The notes below the pieces were generated by a model. That model was given only the letters and a program-made list of their open reading frames with translations. It made no database searches and was not told the DNA's origin. Shown here piece after piece: positions 36,775 through 48,470 of a DNA stretch of 64,000 nt. Source of the stretch: Balanoglossus misakiensis (taxonomy: Eukaryota > Animalia > Hemichordata). Position 1 is the first letter of the stretch, and each line of letters starts with the position of its first letter. The translations under genes were made by a program, and so were the position numbers. The stretch lies in NCBI GenBank assembly GCA_040954595.2, contig CM082576.2, positions 8,435,129-8,499,128 on the forward strand. The letters run 5' to 3'.

Positions 36775-39389
36775 ACGTCGATAATTTCAACTGACACAAA
36801 TGTTGTCCTAAAATAAGCTCCATCTGACACTGAACTTTTAATAAAATGATATTATCTATATTGTACAGTACTGTTGCCCATTATGAATTTAATGTGAATG
36901 ATATATCAGTTTAGGAAATGCAGACGCCTGTAATCTGCCTTATTTTTAGTTTCGGACTACCCACTTCGGATATTAATCTAAATTCGAGAACAAAGGGGGT
37001 AGTAAATATGCTTTTGTAATCACCCGAGGAAATATTAGATCTTGGCGCGAAGGAGTAAACTGATTTGCCGGTAAATCACGCATTAGAACATGATGCACCT
37101 TTTCTCATTTCTACAGTCACGGACATATGTTTCACGTTCCCCTTGTCAGGGGTTACGCTTACAATACCACATTCACGACTGGCCTCCGATGGCTCCGAAC
37201 TGACGGGTGGGAAATGATCACTGCCATAAATGACGATTTCGCCGACGCGTCAAATATTTTAACACCAGTGCCCGTGCGGCCCTGTGAGTTTGGCAAAAAA
37301 AAAGCACCACCGCGGCATCCGGAGAACTCTCTGTGGAAAGCTACGGCCGTGATGCGTGCAGGGCATTGTTTGGCGGGAGGAAAAAAGTCAATGACGACAC
37401 CAGCAACATGTTATTTGAGAAAACAAATGGCCGGCCATCCCGACGCGAGCCTTGCGGTCGAATCACCGAGAAATCGCCTTCAGACATTCGACGACCGGCG
37501 CTCGAATTTCGAAAGGGTACCCCGTACACGATGTAAACAGTTTCTCAGCGGATCACGACCAAACCACCGTTCAGTATTAGCGCATACTGTGTGTTCTTAT
37601 ATCTTAGATCTCTTGGGAAATAAGATTTTTTTTTCAAATACTGTGGATGTTTCACTGCATATGACATGGTCATACTCAACACGAAATAAAATTAAAAATC
37701 GGTTTATCCAGGCCACTTTTGAAATATGAAAGAAATATATCAGGTGAGGGTGAATTAATCTGCCATCATTGTTGAATTTACGGTTACCGACATGGTTTCC
37801 AAAATAAACTTAATTCATTCAATACGTCACAGTATAACTCGCGCTAGAAGAAAATTTAGATAAATCTGCGTTGCGTTCGAATTGTCTGTCCCTTCCCGTT
37901 GAGATTTGTTTCTCGCGAAAATTGATTTGTCGTCGTCTGCCCTGATTATCTTCGCGCGTGAAGTGATAAGTCACCCCCTGCCGTTTTATGGGATATGTAA
38001 AGTGTCAAGATAAATATTAACGTATTTGTGTATTTATGGAGAAACACAATTATCCCCATATGAGTATCAGCGCAAATGAGCTCCAATTATTCTGGCGCGC
38101 TGCTGACGAACATATTTCAGCGGCATCGGTGTGTGTCATGTCTATCAGCGGGCAGCGTGAAATCTCCGTTCCCCGTCCGCCTACCTGCATCTGCTCGGCT
38201 GTTTATTTATAGCTATCGCTCTCCAAATACCCCTTGATGAATGTGTGTCTATTAACTAATATTTCTAAAAAAGACGAGTTTGTAACCCCCAAATGAACTG
38301 TTCTTTGTTAACCTGCCATTGTCCCCCGCTGATAATACCTGTATGTTTTTGTTTGCTTACGTATCGATATAGTCCACTTATTTCTTTGGGGGCGAGAAAA
38401 GAAAACAACAAAATCCGCGTTTGTTGTTCTTCCAACCGGGGTGCATGCATAAAAAAGTCTGTTTGATCGACAGGTTGTCGCGCAGTCCCGGGACAAATCG
38501 AGGCCCGTCCGGCGTAGCCGCGCCCGCCAGATCGGTTGAAATTGAAGGGGAAATTGACTGCACGGACATGTCACTCTATAGGGTTATGCCCGGATGAGGA
38601 CAATACATGAAGCTGTTGTGGGGGGGGGGGGGTTGTCAGTGGAAATGCCGACAAATTATTCGAGTAGAAACTGTACACAGTGACTCGCCATGGTCTCGAT
38701 TCGAAGGCTGCAGGCCCTCCATTCAGTGGAGCCTTCTATCGCCACATAGAAGAGAAAAAGAGGGAGAAAACCTACAAACAGCGTCCCGCTTTCATCGGGG
38801 GAGTTCAACAATGAGACACAACATAATAAAAAACGCTGGTATTAAAAGAGTGCCGTCGCTTGAATAAAGTGGGTGCAGTCTAAAGTTGAGCACAATGTCC
38901 ACCATTTGTTCGCCCCTGAAATCTTGGTTGAGCAAAAATTAAAACGGTACCCACTCAGCGGTAAAGGGAATAAAGGGACTGGGTTGGTCGGTCAATGTCT
39001 GGCCTGATCCCCATTCACTCTGTTGTTTTGCCGGCCCCTGGTCCCCCTTCTTTTTTTTTCTGCAATGGGGAACACAGAACGCGGATTGTAAAAGGCGACA
39101 CAAACGCCAGAACGCCGTGTGTACACTAAACCGCGTGTATACAACTGCCGTGAGTCCGAGAACGTTTACTTACAACGGCCACAATGGGTAAAATTTCAAT
39201 GGCAAACAAGTATGTTGTCTATATCAAACATGACTGATGGTGTTCCTCAGACTAAAAGTCACAGCTTAATATTTCAAATCCTGACTCGGATGATTTCGGC
39301 TCCGAATAATGCATTTTCGCTTCTTTGGTCGTTTTCTGGCCTTATTAGTGGTTAAAGCTGAGCTTTTCTAGTCAAAATCGACAGTAGGA

Positions 39390-39459
39390 CTCTCTCTCTC
39401 TCCTGCTCTCTCTCACTCTCTTCCCCCCTCTCTCCCCCTCCCTCTCCCCTCGCTCTCTC
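39390..39459. repeat. CT-rich low-complexity tract
   Basis: Direct reading. Confidence 0.8.
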
Positions 39460-42400
39460 TAGCCACTTATCTCAGCAAAATAACTGAAGTGTAAATAATT
39501 CCTTCCTAAAAAACATGAATGTACCACAAAACGAAGAAACACGCCCGGGAAACAAACAAACGTTCTAAGTATCAAAAATGATCACCCTGACACCGTACAC
39601 GTGACCCAACCCTCCCCCTTTTGCAGGAAATGGGCGAGGATGATCATTTGTGCAAAGCCAAGCGATTGAAAATTATTTTGACGCCATTTGACTGATTTAG
39701 CCTGGCAGAAACTCCACGCCCGACACACAGGAGAGATGGGAGAAAATAATGCGCAGTCCGTGTATGACTAAGGTAGCCAGCTGACCTCTGCCCAAAGCAT
39801 GGTCGGACACCCATGGGTAAGAGCAACGCAAACTTATTCAAGATACACAGGGGCATTGACATTCAAATAAAAATGGGAAATAATTCAAAGTAAACCCAAT
39901 AACTCCAGCGCACAATTTTTTTACAGCGATTCTGTTAGCTGACTCATAGCAGCTGTTGCCATATTTCAACGATATAGGAATAGTCTCCCGTCTACTTTCC
40001 CACAGTGGTGTCACATATGGACGACATGCACTATTCACACCGCACAGACTCCGCATAAAAGTGCACTCGACAATTTTGCCCTTCCCATAATCACCTCATC
40101 AATTAAAACCATGGTGTAAAAAAACAATAAAATAAAGCCTCCCACTATTTAATTAATTATCACGAAGGAGAACAATTATCGTCATTACGATAAACGGAAA
40201 CGTTGATCACATCATACCATGCATGCACCGATCGTCATGTTGGTTTTTTTTGGTCAGATATTTATGACGTAATCGGGGTCAAAATTCAAGGCCTCTGTGG
40301 TATCAGTCGCAGCGAGTTGTCCAAGCGGCTCTTGTGTGCGATTTCTATGAGATACCAATGATGTAAACGATTGCGACACGACGCCACCGTACCTGATGAT
40401 TTATTTGCTGTAATCAGGTGGCAATTTTTTTCTTCATTTTCCGGGACAGAAAATTAAAACGATGGATTGTTTCTATTGGGTCTGCCTTGAGTTTGTGAAA
40501 AATTACAAAACTACAGGTGCAACGGTGAACTCGACGAGATTTCGTACAAGTAGTCTAAAACACTCACAGAAATATTACCAGATGAATCTTTTTAAAAAAT
40601 ACGATTGCCTTGGTGCATTTACTGTGGATCTGATGCAACGGGATGTACAGTTCATTGGGTGAAATATTGACAAACAATGTCCCCGCTTGCCGACTTCAAA
40701 TGAACATATAAATTGAATGCGGTGCCCTGAGGACAAAAATATTGGCATCACAAAGGCTGCGGGGGATGCCTCTTCGACAATACGGTGATTTTTTTGCATT
40801 TTCAATGCTCGGGGTTTTCGAATTGGAATCGCTTTTATGCTGAAAATTTATTCGATGAAATTCACGGCCTTGCATTTGTTTTTTTATGCGTTCTCATACG
40901 TTAAAGGCGACGAAAATTGTTTATTTACATTTTCAAAACAAAATGTCCCCGTGCGCAGACGATCTGCTCACAAGGTTTACTTTTTTTCCGAACCGCGCAA
41001 GGAGTCGGGTGAGGGTTATGACGGTATACGAAACGTCGCCTTGGAATGATCGATGCGAATTTGATAGCCTGTTCGATGAGGTGTAAATAGAGGAGTGGTG
41101 TACATTTTGTGGCGAGGACTCCAAGTCAAATAGCCGAGACACGGTTTACGCTGCAACGCCGGGGTGGAATCCGACCAACAATGGCGAGTCCATACACCGT
41201 GCGATTGCGACCTCAATAGCATTGCACGTCACTGCAACGACGCGCAAGAACACGTCTCCCCCCCCCCGCCCGCCGCCTCTCACAACATGGTGCGGAAAAG
41301 TGTCAACTACCCCACGGGCGCTCCCAGACTGGCTCAGAGGTCTCGTGTAGTGACACACTCGAACGGTGTGTGTGACTTCCAAAAGACTAATCTGGCATAA
41401 CGACTGGATCTAATAACAACATAATTGATGTAAAATGCAATCAACTAATAGATTTTCAGACGTCTCTCAAAATTGGGTGAATTTTGAGCTAATTACACTA
41501 CGGGTCAGCGCTTATCAACTATGCGGCTCCCGCTTGTCAAGTTTTTCAGGGGCGACGTCTGATTTGCGCTCGTTCCGCTACGGGGAAAAAATGAACATAT
41601 TGAAATTTACAGCCAAACCGGTGGGGGAAACGTCAACCTTGTAAGGATTAAGTTAGCCCGGGGTAAAGACTTGTATACCTGGAGTGAAGGGGGGGGGGGG
41701 GTTGGAAGCATGGCGTTTCGACACTGTCATCTAATAAGGAGGTAAAATTGGACAGTGATTAAGTGCACTTCAGCTGATTGCAATAACTTTAATTTTCAAA
41801 TATACCTCTTACCGACGTGATTTCGAACCAGTCTTCTCTCCGCTTAATCTTTTACAGAGCGGTGCATTTTGCAAATTATTTCTCGATCCAGAACATCTCA
41901 TGCAGACACGGATGCGCGCCGCTTGTGTGTACCACTTTTTTTTATCCCCTCTAACTAATTACATCGTTCAAAGTCATACTTGTTTCACAAAAGGGGAGAA
42001 ATCGCGCCCCGATAATAGGGGTGGCGGAAATATATCGTTGTTTTATTTCTCCCTTTGCTTCTCCCCCTTTTTCGGCGTGAAACCGAGCCAGCAGCTTTGA
42101 AAGGCGACGTGCGGAGTAACAGATGCCGGGGTCAAACCCCACCGCAAGCCCCCGAGATTTCAATCACGTTCGACGGCAGCAAAGAACGCACGCTCGAAAT
42201 CTGTGCTCAATAAACCCGGTGACGCGCCGGCCCGCTGTTTCGCAGACTGCTCGCTTCGTACACGTACTCGGCGCAATTTATTGGGAAAGAATGGAGCGTC
42301 AAGACTACTTAATTTGTCCTATTACCTTGTATCGTTTCTATTTTGCCCAGTGTTTCCACGGTCTATTCGGGGGGTTTCGCCGGGTTCTCTGTGTACGCTT

Positions 42401-45400
42401 CATGCCGCCAACAATGGAACTGCCAACACATGCATTATAAGTGCGTCTGTCAAAACAACTGGCCAGTTGTCTCATCGAAATGCGCGAACACATCCCCCCA
42501 GAAAATAATTACAAACAGCACAAAAGAGCCCCGTGCAAAACCATACTTGCTTCCAGACGAACGTTTTGCCCCCTGTCAAATTTTCGGAAACATATTGGGG
42601 AAATAAGCCGGAAGTTTGCTAGTGACACTGAACACAACTCAAGGCAATCAGTAAAATGCAGTCATCTTCATAAAATAACAACTTTTCCCCCACACTTTTA
42701 GCAGAATTTTAAAAAAAGACTCCCAGCTGAGAAGGATAGAGACATGCGATGTAGAAATACACCCACTCAAACAAAACATTGACTTTTTTAAATGTGAACT
42801 CAACAATACATGCCAGGCCTGTTACTATTGCAAATTGAAAACACCCAGACAAGCGACAACATCCGGGTCATACAATCATTCATTAAACAAATTAACGGTG
42901 TAAAAATATTGAATGAATTTGTGTGTTGTTTCTGACGTGTAAACACCAATGCTTTGGCTGGAAGGGTTTGTTTTTATCCGCGGTATACGAGCATTGTTTT
43001 TCCCCTCCGTTCTCTCTAAGACGTGGTTTGGACTCAGGGTTTTTAGTGCAGCTCGACCCCATACCATTAAATCCCGTCTAATTGCTGCCAAGACTCCCCT
43101 TTCCTATTTCTGTTTTATATCAAGACAGGGCAGCCACCGAGTAGATCTGATTCTGTTTAATGGTTCATCCGTCCTGCACCCCTTGACGTGACAATGCGCC
43201 CTGTTTCTCTTGTCGAAGAAGTCCCACCCGAAATAAAACACTATCCAGAAGTATATTTACAATTCACGAGAGTTACATATTCCAATGTCAACTTCAAAAT
43301 CCCCCCCCCCCCCCCGCACACTGGCAGAAATTCAAAAACGGCATTCTTTTCAAGTTAGTTACGGCTGTGGAAGTATAGAAGCGAAGAATGCGAATGGACA
43401 AATCACGCAACACCTTCTTTTCTCCTGTCTAATCTGAAACTGCGATAGCCTAGCCCTAATGCGATTACTTGTCGCTCAAAAGACGTGAACCCAGACCCAA
43501 ACTTGTTTCCATTTGTACGCGGATTAATTGGATTTCTTTTAACCGCCTTCGTCATATTATGATCGAGTTTTGATTGAAATTAATGCGTCATATAATTTGT
43601 TGTCAATTTAGCTAGCGTATGGTATCTGTGTGCAGCGACACGCTATATGTACATGTATATATAAAGCTTTGATGTGCGCACACTGCTTTCGCCGAAATGT
43701 ACACATTAGATTTTTCTTGCGAGCGATGCGAGGTGGGTATGGCAGCCGCGCTGCGCTGAACTCCGCGAGTTCGATCGGATCGTTGCAGTAATATCCTCTA
43801 TGTTCAGCTGATTATCCCAAGTGATTCGTTTGTCAAATTTGGATCGATTTCATTTCTTGATCGTAGAGGTACAACCGGTGTTTATGTACCTCGGGAACGC
43901 GGTCGGTTTCGGCGCGACCGACTGTCTCTCCGTGTCTCTGAGCGTGTTTGTACCACAAGCCTGTAGACATAATGTTAATTTTCGCCCCCGAACGCTCTCG
44001 GGGAAACGGTGACGGGATGACGGGACGGCCGCTTGTTTTTTAAAGCGTCGCCCATACTTGTAACCTTTACACGGGCGGGTTCATTTCGAGCTGGACGATC
44101 TGCCGATCACTGCATCTGCGCTGTATAGTGGGTCGTGTCCCGCGTCGTCACCGCAATAAAACCAATTGTTTTGTAAATACCGTATCAAAACATATTTTCA
44201 CTGGAACTACCCATTTATTTGCTTTGAGATATCACCCCGCCATGTTAATTGCAGACGCTGACAGAAAAAAAGCCCAAGTACACACAATATTAACAGGGAC
44301 TAAATCATTAATGAGCTTGTGAGAATTAATCAGTCCCGTTTCAATCCCAGCATCTTATTGCCTCAAAGTATTTCAATGTATGGAATTCCCTGGGCACAGC
44401 GTAAAACAGTTCACCGGTCTCGATTTCTTTCCTGTACGTCGTTTATTTTTTTTATTTGTGGCATATGACAGTATACCTTCAATCTCGGGGCATGCCATGA
44501 ACGTGATAGGCATCGCACATCAAATATGTACGTTTCAATTGCGTGGATTGTGTTTCGATTACAATTAATTATTAACTACAATAACCATACACCATTATGA
44601 TTAACATGCGATACCGATCAAAATGAACAACTGGCAAAATATGTCCATCTTGCATCAACTTGAATTATTTCCTTCTTTTTAAAAAAAAAAAGAAGCTAAA
44701 ATGATCATTTTTTAGAGTACTTATATATGTGTTCCTTGTGCATCACTGAATGTATTGTACAGTGTATTTACAACCAGCTGCGATCAGTTTGACGAAAAAC
44801 GTTTCACGGACTTCAGCAGGATTGCGCTAATAATATACCTCTACAAATATGTTTGTTGTAAAAACACATTTAACACTCATTTCCCCCCCGAACGTTTATA
44901 ATCTGACATGCTCTTGGACGAGAGTATATAGCGCCTGGAATAAAAATCACGTGCGACTTGAATTGATCGCACAGCAGGGACACAATTTGCCGCCATCTTG
45001 AAGTTGCTCTGTTCACGGTTCGACCACTTCTTGCATGAATAAACCGAGCTAAGGCGAAGCCAAGAGAGGTCATTGTTCACATTCATACTTAACAAATCAG
45101 GCCGTTTCCTGAATTGTATTTCTCAAATTACAGCGGAAATTCGCTCGTCTCGCACGGGTTTTTCTTTTACGTTTAATTAAAGATGCAGCGGCGCGGTCTG
45201 CCCCGGCGTTTCACAGACACTCCAAGACAGTCGACGTTGCATCGGGCTGCGACGTGTAAACATATGTGCCCCCACTCTCAGACTTTCTGAGCGATTTTCG
45301 TTGACTTTGCCCTTATTTGGTATTTAAGGCACTCCAACGTTCGAGCCTGAGTAAACAAATGCTGGAAATACCCCAGTATTTGAAAATATTCGTTAACTTT

Positions 45401-47832
45401 GCGTGTCGTCACAATTTTAATGGCGGACGGAGAGTTCTTGAGGAATGTGGTTTTTGAAGCAGATCGCCGTCTTCTCCGAATGTAAGACAATGCGTCGCTC
45501 CGATCCATTTTTAAATAAACGAACTAATCGAAAGTTTTGACACGGAGGGAACTATAGCACAATGGGAGGACGTGAAAGCAGAAACTCATGACTAGGGCGG
45601 CATATCAATAAACGTGAACAATGAGGTGGGCTGTAACACGACAGTTGCCGTGTTGTTTTTCTCCGTTTATCCAAAATACACCGGGGCTGTTGCCTAAATA
45701 AGTTCTGGTCTCAGATAGAGACTTTCAGATTTGTTTTCCACCGGGATATTATTTTACGTGGTAGCTTTACATCTGACACACTCCTTGGACTCATACAGTC
45801 AGTGAGTTAGTTAGTACGAGTGGAAACTATCGATTTGGAAAATACCGGTGTTTGAATTTGGCGACACAACGTTTGTCAAATACACGGACACCACACAAGT
45901 GTCTTCTACTACACCGAGTATACTTAATTGTTAACGTGACAACCGAAGGTTGCCAAGCGTTTTAGCGAGTTCATTGACTTGTCGGGGCCCGCGTTACGAC
46001 TTACGTAAATGTGTTTGTTCATTCAATTTCGGGCATGTGAACAGACCGGTTTGGTTGTTGACTCGGTGAGCGTCAGCGCCGAGCGGACATGTCTTCGGTT
46101 TTTCGCGGTTGGAGAAGGAAGGGGGGAGTGGTGGGAACGGGGAAACTCGCTTGCCTAATTTACTGTCGCGTGTGTACAGGCAAAACAAGGCGTTGATGAG
46201 CACACACAGGGACGGTCTTTTATGCACCAGTGTTGAGTATCGCGGTAAGAATGGATAAAGACAATACGACATAATGTGGGCAGTAATAAGAAGGTGCTAC
46301 AACAAGTCATCCGCAGAAAGGCACAGACACATTGGCACCACTGGAAAATATTTAATAACGCCTCTGCCACAGCTTCGTTTTTTTTAAACTGTGACTTGCA
46401 CAATCGCTCTGTCCGATTTAGTATAGAAAACACAATTCAAGTCTTAAGAAAACATATTTCTCACACCCTCTTTCGCCCTGACGTAATTTCATTTGCAATC
46501 GCTTTTTATAAACACAAAAGTCGCACCTGTTTGCCGAGGGTTGGATTGGCAAAGGGTGTCTAAAGTCCATAAACAATGTTTATTAATTAAGAAAAAATAA
46601 ATGTCATCATATTGACGAGTAATCTTGCAGTAGAGAGAAAGATAGTATTTTCTATTACGTTAGTGCATTGGCAATTTGCAGGACTGGGCGACCATGTCGT
46701 CGTGTGAATACCAACAACCCCCAGAAACAAAATCAAACCATAATTTGCATGTCGTACAAACTGAAACAAAGCTTTGGAAACTTGAAATTAAAAAAAAAAA
46801 CGAAATAACGCAAAAAATTCAGCAGCAAAGCGGGTCAAATGGAGACTGCCATTCCGTGTAGCCAACATCGGTAACCCAAGTTACAGCAACCATACAGATT
46901 GGGATATAGTTGTAAGCTCGTGTGGGGCTATTGTAGTTTTTTTACGAGGGCAAATTTGGCGGGTGAGCACCTCTCTTAACCAATGGTCCCCGCCTTCGTA
47001 ATTTGCTGTATAATGAAGTCGCGGAGGTTTTATTGGCCGACGACTGTTGTTAGATTGGGGTGTGAAATCTCCTGAATTGACAATTTCGTTTCATGAATTA
47101 TATATTGAACTTAGTCGGATAATCAGTGCAAACAAATCCGCGGCGTTGTGCATTAATACACCGTCTGTTTTCCTTCTGTGTCTCCTTTGACAAGAGAGTT
47201 AAAAAAGTAATCCCTAAACACAAACAGCGAGGTGTATGGACTCCCAGCACAGTTTTTTTTCCCCGGCCACTGGGACATTGCAAGCGCCGTATTTTCGCGA
47301 CAGCACCGGGCAAGTCAGGGAAAGGAAACATTGCCAGTCACACAGACAGACGCTTCCCAGACTGACAGCGTTTCAAAACAGCGACCACTCACACACTTAG
47401 GTGTCAATGAAGCCGTACAAAAAAAACTTTAACAAGGGTTTATTCTTTACTTGAATAAGAGTATCTAACGCGTTTTCACACCGTTTACGATGTTGTTTGA
47501 ATATTTCGAGGTGATTGTCTTTTTCTTAAAAACAAAAAAATCGGCGTTTTGCATACCGGTATCTCATAGACGCGTTTCATACTGACACATTATCGACGGC
47601 ATGTAAATTGCCTTTACATGCCCATTTCACATATTTCACAAGTTTTCAAACAACCCGCAAATGATCGCTACTTGTTTTTTTAATTTCCCAGTTCTTTTCT
47701 GTCGCGAAGAAAATAATGACATGCGTCCACAAATAACCCACCATGAAAATCAGAACATGCTCTATCAATATTAGCATGACACGGATTGATTGCATAGTGG
47801 GCCACTAAAGTTTTGACTGTAATAACACGCGC

Positions 47833-47862
47833 TGTAATGTAATGCAATGTAATGTAATGTAA
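47833..47862. repeat. (TGTAA)6 pentanucleotide repeat just inside the putative distal intron
   Basis: Direct reading, one TGCAA unit. Confidence 0.9.
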
Positions 47863-47871
47863 TTTGCTCAC

Positions 47872-48340
47872 CTATCTGTCAACTTGGGCCGCTTAAGTGG
47901 TATCACCGAGTCTCGTCTGCTGCGAATTCTACCGACTGTGTAGATGAACTACTACTAGCAGAGCACAACGACGACGGCGACGACGAAGAAGATTCCGGGG
48001 TCCTTGGAGCGAGATTCTGTCAGCATAATGGAAAGGACCAGATATTAGTTACACACACGCACACGATCAAACTTGTGGCGTTTTAACTAAACATGGACCG
48101 TGCTTGCTTGAGAGAGAGATAGAACACGCATGTACACACTCTCCCGGCTACACTGCTCGCAGTCGACTCGATACTACGGGCTCTTTCAGACTCTAGGAGT
48201 CAGCTAACTCCACTAGAACGCAACGACACACCTGAATGGCTAATTGAGAAGCTAAGCCGAATCTAAAACAAGGCTTAACCTTGTTATAGGCAAGCTTACG
48301 TCGTGTAAATGCGAAAATGATGGTGATTGATCACCTTCAC
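47872..48340 (-). other. otx: Candidate distal non-coding first exon(s) of Otx
   Basis: Strong donor TAG|gtgagc (gt at 47871-47870), downstream of a CCAAT/CRE cluster. Possibly split by a 68-nt intron (gac|gtaagc at 48299, ccattcag| at 48232). Confidence 0.45.
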
Positions 48341-48359
48341 GCGCTGGTTCTTGGTCTCA

Positions 48360-48470
48360 GGCTGGACGTGTATAATAGTATTAGATTTACTGTAAGCCCC
48401 TCTCATGCAACAGGGGTACCCGCTCCGACCAATCAGCGAGCGACCTGACGCTCTACGTCATCGCCAGTGA
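48360..48470 (-). promoter_or_regulatory. Candidate distal Otx promoter
   Basis: GACCAATCAG (CCAAT 48429-48433), TGACG 48446-48450, TACGTCA 48454-48460, AT-rich TATA-like TATTATA at ~48371-48377 on minus strand. Confidence 0.45.

Larger units (their letters stand above)
14050..48350 (-). other. otx: Otx (orthodenticle) gene locus, maximal predicted transcription unit from distal first exon to distal poly(A) site
   Basis: Assembled from three coding exons plus predicted UTR exons. The coding part is secure; the outer limits (distal TSS ~48340, cleavage ~14050) are inferred from motifs only. Confidence 0.6.

Noticed and set aside
36474-36830. ORFs with (ER)n/(SL)n
   Set aside because: Translations of the (CT)n microsatellite
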